Assembly (NCBI GenBank): GCA_013265495.1
Contig: MU060486.1
Location: 124,001-188,000, forward strand
Source of the DNA: Vicugna vicugna
Lineage: Eukaryota
DNA: 64,000 nucleotides
Reading direction: 5' to 3'
Shown here: piece after piece, positions 1-9,968 of the stretch
Layout of the letters: each line of letters starts with the position of its first letter
Position numbering within the stretch: position 1 is the first letter of the stretch
Translations under genes and position numbers: made by a program
The notes under the pieces: generated by a model
Seen by the model: only the letters and a program-made list of their open reading frames with translations
Database searches by the model: none
What the model was told of the DNA's origin: nothing

Positions 1-342
1 CAGGTCTTGTCACTCTGGAGAGGTCAGGCTGCAGGCAGGGCGCCCAGCCCTCCCACCTCCAGAGGGTGGTGAGCTCCTGGGAAAGGCTGGAGCCTGCTTC
101 CAAAGAGGGCAGAGCTGCAGTGGCCAGGAGGAGTGTTGGGTTGCACTGCGCGGTCATTGGGGACCACCGTCCATCCAACTCTGGGCGCTTCAGTTCTTGC
201 TTCTCCTGAGCTGACACATGTGGCTTGTATGTGTCACCTGGAAGGAGTCTTCACCCCACGGCCTCCTTGGCCAGCCAGCCAACCACTGTCCCACTCCAGA
301 GACGTGGGGTTGGGTAGTCTGTGTGTAACAGACTCCACGCTC

Positions 343-366
343 ACACACACACACGCACACACACAC
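343..366. repeat. Interrupted (CA)n microsatellite
   Basis: cacacacacacacgcacacacacaca. Confidence 0.85.
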
Positions 367-3329
367 AGGTGCGCACATGCTATCTCTGCAGCACCTCCCC
401 CGAGAGAGGGCCACATGAAGCCCCTCCCTGAGGGCTGGTCACTGCCGGAAGGCCGCCTGTCCATCTCCCGCACCTCCGCATTGTCCCTGGAACCTAACCC
501 AAAGCCCCACTCACCACCGATGCTGGGACTTACACAAGCCTCCTCCTCGGGAAGATGCCTCCCTGCACGTGTGGAACCATCCAGCCTTCAAGCCCACCTC
601 GCCTGGCTTTGCCTCCCCAGCCTCGCCCCTCCTGTCCAGCCTGACTGGCTCCAGCCCAGCCTTGGGCTCATCAGAGCCCTGATCTAGGTCCCAGGACACT
701 CTGAAACTCGTAGGTCTTCCCAGACGTGGCCCACCTCCAGGTCTCACTGGCCCTTAAACCATGACCGAGCTCCTTGGAGAGCCATGTTGCGGCCTCTTGC
801 TCTGACTCTGGCCTTGATGGACCCCGACCCCCGTTTTGTCACACAGGACACTTCTCCATCCTCACAGCCCTTACTGTCCGGACCCCAAGTAGCTAACGAA
901 ACAGAACTGAGACTTCACCAGGGTGCTCCCAGTCCAGCCCTACTTTTGGAGATGAGCGCAGGGGCTGAGGAGGACAAGCAGGGGCCCCAAGCCCCCATGG
1001 AGAGCCGGCCCCTGGCCCACTGGGCTCACATGCCCCTCTGTACAGCACTGATCTGTATCCAGCCGAGGCCCTGGGAGGTGCCCAGGGGCAGAAGGGCCCC
1101 CATCTGTACCTGCTGAGGGGCACAGGACGATGGCGGCGGAGGCTGGACACAGACACGAGCCTCGGTGGAGGGCGGGGAGTCGCGGCCGTAGCAGGCACAA
1201 GCCCCCACTCACTCTAGCCTGCAGGAGCCTCCCTCAAACATCTGTTCTCCGTGCCACGCAACCTCCCCACTCTGAGTGTGACCCAGCCCTCCTCTGTCTC
1301 ACCCCCTTTGCCCAAGCCCACCAAGGGCGGGGTCTGCGGAGGCACCAGCCCTACCCACAGGCAGGCAGCCCCTACTTCAGGGTTCGGGTTAGGAGCAGCT
1401 ACCCCATCTCAGACTTAGGCCTCTGGGTCTGGGGTGGGGGTGGGTACAGCTTTCACCCCCACCCCAGGCCCCAGGCCCCAATTCCCCTAGACCCGCCCCC
1501 TGCTGGCTAGCTGGCTTCCCCCAAGGCTGGGGCCCTCCCTGCTCGGCTTAATAACCTCCTGATAATTATCTCCACAATTTTGCTGCTTGCTTATAATAGT
1601 CTCCATTAAAGTTACGGGGTTTTCAGGCCATAATGGCTTCCAGAGTAATTAATGCACAACTGGGTTTATAGCTAAGTTTATTTTTAGAGCTTTTCTGCCT
1701 CACCCCTTCCCCCTCCTCTTATAGATGCTTTGACCAGACAGACTGGATGGGATCAGAGCCTCCATCCACGGCCCCAGCCTCCATCCCCCCATGTCCACTC
1801 CGGCCCCCTCCTGCTCCCCCTGGGGAGGTGCTGGGACCCGCTCTGGGGCCTGACCTCCCTTCCGGAGCTCCTGACTGCAGCACAGACCCAAAGGGTCTGG
1901 CAGCTCAGGTCTGGCTCCACCATGTGCTGTGACTTGGACGAGACATTGACCCTCGCGGTCTCAGCAAGCCCCGGGTGAAACGGGGAAGAGGTCCTCACCC
2001 GTGGCCCAGGAGTCTTGAGGACGGAAGTGCTCAGTGCATCCAAACAGCTGTTCTTGTTAAAACTGCAGCCCAGGCCGCCCACAGAGGAGCCAGTGCCAGA
2101 GGCAGGAGGCCGCCCCAGCTCAGCCACCTGAGCGCACCGGGCAGGCCAGGTGTGTGCAGAACAGCCCCAAGCTCACTCTGCCGTGGCTTTCCCACCCTGA
2201 AGTAGCACCCTCCCCAAGACCAGGACTCCTGGAAAAGTTCCAGGGTGATCACAGAACCAGAGGAGACCTCCCAGCCAGGTCTGTTGGAAGGGCCTCTCCT
2301 CCTAAGACGCCCAGCCAAACAGAGCCCCTTTGCAGCCTGTCTATGGCCTAGGGCGGGTGGGAGATTGGCAGGGGTGTGGCATGAGCTCACTCAGCACACG
2401 AGACCCAGACTGGAATCCTGGGGTGGGATCCTGGGCTCCAGCACCTGCTGGGGCCACGGCATAGGAGTCTGAAGGAGACCCAACGTGCCTCAGGATTATT
2501 CTCCTCTGCGCTCTGTGCCCCCACCATCCCTGCCTGTAACCTTAACCTGGGAGCCTTCCCAGCTGCCTCCAAAGAGACTGTGGAGGTGGAGCTGAGGGGC
2601 GGTGGGGGCAGGGTGGCCGCCCCAGGACACCACAGTGCCTGTCACTGGAAGATGACATGGTTCTTCCACGAGGCATGAGGACCAGACAAGGACAGGGAAA
2701 CAAACTGTCTCCAAAACCTGGGGCCCAAATCCTGCTCAGCCCAGCTCCTGGCTGTGCTGGGAATGGGTGGTCCCCCTCCCGTCTCCCTTGTGGACCCAGC
2801 TGCACCTTGCATGGTGCTCAGGGCAGAAGTGATGAGGAAGGTGGGAAATGGGATGTGACAGTTTCCATGGCGTCAGGAGGCTCAGCGCCCACCTCCCATC
2901 ACGTGGGAGGCCAGGCGGGGCAGGGGGGCAATCTCCCCATGCAGGGCCCCTCTCCTGGGGCCTCTGCTGCTGCCACTTGAGTGCCATCTGACCAGCACGT
3001 GGCAACCCACCTGGCCCCGTCTCCTCGCTGACATCCAGCTACAAGACCTGGGCTCTGTCTTACCCACGGGGGGCTTCTCGAGAATGTCCCCCCGACGTCA
3101 ACAAGGGCAGAGTGTTCCCTCCCAGGACCCATCCTCCAAATGCCTCTTACTGGTCCTCGGAGGACCCAGCCCAGCACCAACCCCTTAATCCAGGCTGTGG
3201 AACACCCATGGGGGCACAAGCATGCAGCATTCACAGCCGCTCATGCGTCCCAGACGCTCACTGAGTACATCCGGCCCATGGGCTCCACGGGCGTTAAATT
3301 GTTTAATTCCCAGAAGCCCCGGGAAGGAG

Positions 3330-3420
3330 GTGCTGAAGGTGCCCATTTCATAGATGAGAAGCCTGGGACACAGAGATGAGCTGGGGTTTGATCCCAGGCA
3401 GGTGTGTCTGCATCCGTGCC
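3330..3420 (-). mobile_element. MIR fragment
   Basis: cccatttcatagatgagaagcctgggacacagag core. Confidence 0.4.
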
Positions 3421-3604
3421 CTGCTGACTCCAAGTGGGCAGTGCCCGCCCTGTGCTTGTGGGGACAGAGGTGGCTGTGCCTGACCAGCAGACAGAAGCTG
3501 GGATCCACCCAGGAAACACAATGTCCTGTATCCCCAGCCAGCCGGCCCTGCTGGGGCCCATCCCGCCCAGGTCTCTGGCCATCCTCTTCTGCTCTGTCTT
3601 GCAG

Positions 3605-3714
3605 GTGTCCACCCTGCAGGGTTCCTGACTGCACCCTGGACAACGCCCTCCTCAGCCTCCAGTCGGGCGGGGCTCTGCAGAACTGCTTCGGCAATGGGTG
3701 GGTTGTGAGCACCG
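3605..3714 (+). other. B3GAT1: B3GAT1 5' UTR exon carrying the upstream ATG (3694) and two alternative donors (3698, 3715)
   Basis: Acceptor ctctgtcttgcag|GTGTCC at 3604/3605; ATGG|GTGGGT and CCG|GTAAGG donors; downstream acceptor gtgcag|GTAACG at 3824/3825. Confidence 0.75.
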
Positions 3715-3859
3715 GTAAGGCCTGCTGGCCAGCATTCGGCCTCCCGCTCCCCCACGCCCGGCCTGCCTGGCCCATTCCTGTTCTTTTCTCCCCTGTGCTT
3801 GGACCATCCGCCACCATCGTGCAGGTAACGAGGAGCCGTGGGCCCAGCCAGCCTTGGAG

Positions 3860-3971
3860 ATGCCGAAGAGACGGGATGTCCTCGCCATCGTCCTCATCGT
3901 GCTGCCCTGGACGCTGCTGGTCACCGTGTGGCACCAGAGCACCATCGCGCCCCTGCTGGCCGCACACAAGG
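3860..3971 (+). CDS. B3GAT1: B3GAT1 first coding exon (cytoplasmic tail + TM anchor)
   Basis: ATGCCGAAGAGACGG at 3860, encoding MPKRRDVLAIVLIVLPWTLLVTVWHQSTIAPLLAAHK; donor G|GTGAGC at 3972. Confidence 0.97.
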
Positions 3972-6900
3972 GTGAGCCGCTGTCCCGCTGCTCATGAGCT
4001 TTGGTGATGGGGGTGACCAAAGCCAAGGCTGCTGGCAGCTGGGGAGCCATAGGGTGAGCCAGGACAACGACCCTCCTCTGCGGGGGTCTCGGCTGCTTCA
4101 GGGACCTGACAAAAGCTGCCACACATGCGGAGACTCAGGGGCCGGACGCTGTCCCCGCTCCCCGGGCGCACTCGGTGGCTGGTGGGGCTGGTGGGGCTGG
4201 TGCGCGGGCGGATTCCCAGCCTGTGCTGTGCCATAGCCTTCCAGGGAGAGTGTGCTGTTTACTCCCTTTCCTCCTTGCAGGAAGCCCTGATCCAGCCCTA
4301 CCAAGTGCAGACCGTCCCTGGAGCAGGGGTGGGAGAGCTGGCCTCTCCTGCTCCAAGGCCAGACCTCTCCCCGCTCACGGGGGCTTCCTTCACCCCAAGG
4401 CCGGGCAAGTGCCCCCACCTGGCCTGCCCCCATCCCGCGGTCTCTGGTCCCACACCCTCCTCCCCCGCGTCCACACGCAGACACCACCCTCCAGGGCAGC
4501 CCTTCTCCCACTGAAATGTGCGTGAGAACCTGGGGGCCTGATGAGACATGGGGGTGCCCGGCCCACCCCAGAGACAGGGCAGGGTCCGGGTGGGCCTGGA
4601 AATGAGTGATCTGGGGGCAGGCAGGGGCCAGGAAGCAGTCTGGATCCCTGACATGGAATCACACGTCGGGTCTTGCTCAGCTGGGGGTCCTAAGGTTCTA
4701 AGGAGCGACCAAGGTGAAGGTCGCTGCGCGCCCTCTGCCAGGCTGGGCGCCTGGAGCCCCTGGCCTTTCTCCTTGACTCCAACATCTCTCTTTGGTGCTT
4801 GTCATCCTGCAGCCTGTCATTCCAGAGGGGCCATAACTACCACGTGTCAGGAGGCAGCACCACGTGGATTCCATTCTCGGCAGAGCTCTGGGGTCAGAGA
4901 AGTCAGGCTATTGTGCTCAGCACTGCTGTCCCTGCCTGAGGACAGGGAACTGGCCGCTGTCTCCCCAGAGCAGCCAAGGCAGACCGAACGAAGGCGGCAC
5001 TGAAAGACGTTAGGGAGGCCCATAGGGCTCAAAGGTGGCAGAAGTCCTGCCCAGCTGCATTGTGAGGCCCAGGCAGCCTCCCAGGGCACAGACCCGCCGG
5101 GGGATGATTGCAGTGGTGGAAAAAGGGAGGCAGGGAAAGCTCAGTCTCGTTCCCCAGCCTCGGTACCTAAACTTCCCTCAGGGTGGGATGAATTTCACCG
5201 TCTTTATATCCTGGTCAGAGTCTCCTCTCCTCAAGATTGTTCTCTTAGCAGCTTGACCCAGAACTGCTTTGGGAAGTCCCCTCTGCTCCCCATGTCTGTG
5301 CTCGCTTTCCTGCTGCATCTGCACCCGCGGGCCTCACATCCCTGGCCGGGGCGGGGTTCCGGCTGCCGCTGTGTGTCCCGTCGTGCCTTCAGCCTGTCTG
5401 AGCTCCCTGAGAGCCCGAAGCCTGTGTCCCCTCCGGAGCCCAGCGTCAGACCCCACCTGCTAATGACAGGACTGGGGCAGAGAGGTGGCAGCGGCTGGTT
5501 CACAGCATCCTTCCAGAACCACACTTCCCTCCTTGCGTGTAACCGCTCACACTATCCTTTCTGTAGCTGCAAGAAGCCACGGGGAATAGAGCTGTTTACC
5601 ACCCTCCTCCTATACAAGAGGAGCTGAGAGTGACCTGCTGGGCAGTGTTCCAGCCCTTTAACCCCGTAGTAACTCGATAAGGTAGACGCTGTTATCAGCT
5701 CCCTTTTGCATTTGGTAAAACTGAGGCACCAGAAGCTCCCTGCTCAAGGCCACGTGGTTGGTACGTGACAGGGCTGGTCAGGGTCTGAGCCCAGGTGTTG
5801 GGATCCTAGGTCTGGCCTCTGCTCGTTGCCACCTCCTGCTGAGATGCTGTGAGGGCAGTGAGGACCCAGCCATCCAAACAGGAAGGGAGGGCTCTTAGGA
5901 GTGAGAGTGCCAGTGTGCTGATTCCTCTTGGTGGTGGGACTGACGCTTCGCCCACGGGGAAGATGTCCAGGATGTAAGAAAGGCTTGGCGATTAGAGCTG
6001 TCTGGGCCGGAAGGAGGGGCTCCCCATGCCTCCGAGTGTTTCACCTGAGGCCAGGCCTCCACCAGGTTTCATCCCAGTCCCTGCTGGGGTCTTTGGGACA
6101 CGTGGTGTGCACCGCTGGCTGCAGGGCAGGTAGGGTTCCAGACGGTTGAAAGAGCGGACCCAGAAAGTGCAGGTTAGGAGACCTACACCAAACCACAGAA
6201 GAACCAAGACAGGCCTCCGCTCTGTCCTTTTGCCCAAATGTGGGGATACCTAGAATCGGAAAGGACAGGATCAGGACAAAATTTTCTTGACAACTACGGG
6301 TGACACCCTGGATCAACAGGCAGCACTTAAATATCAAATTCCACACCAAGATTCAGAGGCTGGATTATGAAACCCCAACGCGAGGGTTTGTGAAAACCCG
6401 GGCAGGGCAACGTTAGACCCCAGGGCACAGTGGGCTTTGTCCGAGAAAGTTCTGACACCGCCCTCAGGCGCAGCAGCAGAGGGAGGCAGTGCCCAGGCTC
6501 TGCAGTCCCACACTGGCTCTGGCCAGATGAGGAGGGCATAGGGTGGCAAGGGCAGAACACTCTGTCACGTTAAACCCAATACATTTGTGAACCGAGGATG
6601 CAGGCTTGGGATTTGGCCAGCTGCCCTCAATAGCTACCGAGCTGTCAAATGTGGGAAGGAGGAAGAGGTCATTTCTGTGTCTCTAGCAGTCAGAATTAGG
6701 AGAAACCCGGGAAGGGATGTCAGGCAGGCAGCCTTGACCTTCAGCTGCAGCCTCCCTGCCCCCTCCCAACTCCGAACCCTGGGGCAGGTGGAAGAGCAGA
6801 GGAGAGGTGTGGCAGGGCAGGGCTGGGATCCCTGCGGTACCTGCAGCCTGAGCCAGCCCACACCTCTCTCTTCCGCCCACCTGCAGATGACGGCAGTGAC

Positions 6901-9043
6901 TCCCGGCGTGAGGCTCCCCCCGGCACAGACCCCAGGGAGTACTGCATGTCCGACCGCGACATTGTGGAGGTGGTGCGCACGGAGTACGTGTACACGCGGC
7001 CCCCGCCCTGGTCCGACACGCTGCCCACCATCCACGTGGTGACGCCCACCTACAGCCGCCCAGTGCAGAAGGCGGAGCTGACGCGCATGGCCAACACGCT
7101 GCTGCACGTGCCCAACCTGCACTGGCTGGTGGTGGAGGACGCGCCCCGCCGCACACCGCTGACTGCGCGCCTGCTGCGCGACACCGGCCTCAACTACACG
7201 CATCTGCACGTGGAGACGCCGCGTAACTACAAGCTGCGCGGAGACGCACGCGACCCGCGCATCCCGCGGGGCACCATGCAGCGCAACTTGGCCCTGCGCT
7301 GGCTGCGCGAGACCTTCCCACGCAACTCCAGCCAGCCCGGCGTCGTGTACTTCGCAGACGACGACAACACCTACAGCCTGGAGCTCTTCGAGGAGGTGCG
7401 GGCCGCGGGGGAGGTGCTGGCCGCGGACACACGAGGGAAACCTGGGAAACCCTGGAAGGGGCAGCCTGCAGGACCCCAGGAGCCTGGGAGAACTGGCTGA
7501 AGGGAAGGGGGTTGGCGTTGGGGCTCCCAGACCATAGCCCTGGCCTCGGGGCATTGTCTGAGGGCTTCCGGTTGCAGGGGCGCGGGTTCTGTGTCGACCC
7601 TCGGAGGGTCTTGTGGTTTGGGAGTCAGGGCAGTGGGGAGGGGAAGGAGTCATTTCAGACTCTAACCTGGGAAGACAAGTGTTGCAGAAGGGGGCAAAGC
7701 GGGCAGCAGGTCGCGCGAGAAGGGGAGTGTGACCTGGGTGGAGAGGCGGGCTTGTGCCCCTGGCCCAGCCGGGCACACAGCTCACTGATGACTCATCTTC
7801 CGCGGGAGGGGCTCCGCGCGGGTCGGCAGCGCAGGCGCCCTGACGCTCTTCCCGCTCAGATGCGCAGGCACCCTGACTCCTGCGCCTGCCCGGGTGTCCT
7901 GACTCTCTTCCCCTGCAGATGCGCAGCACCAGGAGGGTGTCCGTGTGGCCCGTCGCCTTCGTCGGCGGCCTTCGGTACGAGGCCCCGCGCGTCAACGGGG
8001 CAGGGAAGGTGGTCGGCTGGAAGACGGTGTTCGACCCCCACCGGCCATTTGCAATCGACATGGCAGGATTTGCAGTCAACCTGAGGCTCATCCTGCAGCG
8101 GAGCCAGGCCTACTTCAAGCTGCGTGGCGTGAAGGGAGGCTACCAGGAAAGCAGCCTCCTCCGAGAACTCGTCACGCTCAACGACCTGGAGCCTAAGGCC
8201 GCCAACTGCACCAAGGTCAGACCCTCGGCAGAGCTGACAGTAGTCGTGCAGCCCTTCCCGGCCCAGGCGACCCTCCCTGCCAAGGAGGGAGAAGGGAACA
8301 GGGCCTGGGAGACCCGGCCCCCCAGGAGGGCAGGTTACTGCCCATCAGGCAGCCACACTGAGGGCAGGAGGAAGCAGGGAGGGGCGACCAGTGGGGCAGA
8401 GCCCAGAACTGCATCTGTCTCTCTCACAAGAAGCAGCTGGGCTCCATGACCTCCCACCAGACACACCTTCACGTGGTCACACACGTGCACGCACGTGCAC
8501 AGCAACATACGTGGACACACATGTGCACACTCCCACACACCTGCGTGCATACACAAGAACACACACACACACACACACACACACAGCGCTTCTAGCTAGG
8601 GCCTGGGCTGTCATGTCACTTGGCTGAGCTGAAGGCCCAGAAGAATCCTCTCCCTCTGGAGAGACCCATCAAGAAACAGAGGAGAGGATGAGAAGCAAAA
8701 GGAAATCTTGGGGCCTGTTTGTCTGTTTCTGTAGCTGTAGACGTTCTGTTTCCCACAGATATTTTGAATGCATCCTATGTACAAACAGCGAGAATGAGGG
8801 GTGGGTAGAAATAAAGAACAAAGGAGGAAACCCTGAGGGAACAAGGGCAGGACGGAGGGGGCAGGGAATGCTTGCAGTGGTGGGAGGGAGGGAGCAGGCG
8901 GTGGCAGGGCGAGGTCAGGGCCCGCCCCATATCCTCTTGTGTCTCTGGGCACACAGATCCTGGTATGGCACACTCGGACAGAGAAGCCGGTGCTGGTGAA
9001 CGAGGGGAAAAAAGGCTTCACTGACCCCACGGTGGAGATCTGA
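3860..9043 (+). CDS. B3GAT1: Galactosylgalactosylxylosylprotein 3-beta-glucuronosyltransferase 1 (GlcAT-P, GT43), short isoform, 4 coding exons, 334 aa
   Basis: Exons 3860-3971 (112), 6887-7395 (509), 7919-8215 (297) and 8957-9043 (87) sum to 1005 nt with GT-AG joins. Translation is MPKRRDVLAIVLIVLPWTLL...FADDDNTYSLELFEEMRSTRRV...YQESSLL...KGFTDPTVEI*, with the DXD motif and the sequence recognised as GlcAT-P. Confidence 0.98.
5655..5815 (-). mobile_element. MIR fragment
   Basis: ccccttttgcatttggtaaaactgaggcaccagaag...caaggccacgtgg. Confidence 0.55.
6887..7395 (+). CDS. B3GAT1: B3GAT1 coding exon 2 (stem + N-lobe, DXD motif)
   Basis: Acceptor ...ccacctgcag|ATGACG; matches ORF 6946-7500 up to LFEE; donor GAG|GTGCGG. 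Confidence 0.97.
6940..8200. promoter_or_regulatory. Intragenic CpG-rich region over B3GAT1 coding exons 2-3
   Basis: Visibly high CG density (cgcg, gcgc runs) in both exons and the adjacent intron end; not computed. Confidence 0.6.
7919..8215 (+). CDS. B3GAT1: B3GAT1 coding exon 3 (acceptor-binding lobe)
   Basis: Acceptor ccctgcag|ATGCGC; MRSTRRVSVWPVAFVGG...ANCTK; donor AAG|GTCAGA. Confidence 0.97.
8559..8585. repeat. (AC)n microsatellite
   Basis: About 13 perfect AC units. Confidence 0.9.
8957..9043 (+). CDS. B3GAT1: B3GAT1 last coding exon
   Basis: acacag|ATCCTGGTATGG; ILVWHTRTEKPVLVNEGKKGFTDPTVEI; TGA at 9041-9043; exon continues to donor CAG|GTAGGG at 9058. Confidence 0.96.
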   Translation: MLVWHTRTEKPVLVNEGKKGFTDPTVEI

Positions 9044-9369
9044 GCCCCAGGACACAGGTAGGGGTGAGGGAGGTAACACAGGGCAGGCCACCCAAGTCTG
9101 GATGCACAGTAGATCTGCCGAGGCTTGTCCCCTCTGTCTTCAGTAGTGGTGGTCATGGGGCAGACGCCAGCGGGAGCAACAGGAGCCCACCAGCCCTGCA
9201 TGCTGGGTCGTTCTGCCACCGGCTGCTTGGGAGGCCTGGCCATCCAGACACCACCCGTTCGCAGCTCCCTCCTCACAAGTTCTGCTCTGTGGACTCGCCC
9301 AGGCTCTGTCTCCTGTGGGTTCCTCCTCAATCGAGGTGGAAGCATGGCCCCCAGGGCTGAGCTCGGCCC

Positions 9370-9440
9370 CCAGGTGCCACTTTTCACTGTCTGACCTTTC
9401 TGTCTCTGGGCCTCAATGTCTTCATCTGCACAATGGGTTG
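9370..9440 (+). mobile_element. MIR fragment
   Basis: ctctgggcctcaatgtcttcatctgcacaatggg core. Confidence 0.45.
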
Positions 9441-9968
9441 TTGGGGTACCAGGTGTGTCTCTGGAACTATAAGTCCTGCATGCATGTTGCTACTTTGTTT
9501 GATTCTTTAAAACCCTCAATCGAAGTAGGTCACAGGCTCCATCTACACTTTAGGGGTAAAGAAACATTCTGAGAAGCTGAATGGAGTGAATGGTACCAGG
9601 TGATGGGCAAGCTGGGAATTTTGTGTGGGCTTCCTGTGGTCTTGTCATAGAGGCCAGAGCTTGGACCGTGGGACACACATCTGTCCTCTGGCCGGGAGTC
9701 AAGCTGTGGCTTTGTATGACATTGGCAACTGCCTGCCCACGGGGACCACAGGGTGTCATTCTGCCTGTCTTGTCCCTGAAATTAGAAAATTACCTTGGTC
9801 AGTGCCACTGATGCTGTTGGCACAGAGCATCACTCCCTGCCCCATCCCTGACACTGGAGCGCCTGCCCCCACTGCCTCTCAATGGGGACCCGGGGGTGGG
9901 CTCTGCGGACCCCCTGGATGGCCCCCAGGGGGCCCTGACGCCTCACCCTCCCTCCCTCCCCTTCACAG

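Noticed and set aside
3185-4007. 260-aa and 217-aa ORFs overlapping the B3GAT1 start
   Set aside because: Alternative-frame or antisense ORFs in GC-rich DNA with no homology evidence
6634-8091. 485-aa minus-strand ORF, the longest in the track
   Set aside because: It is the antisense shadow of GC-rich B3GAT1 exons, with low-complexity translation, no domain and no independent promoter or splice support
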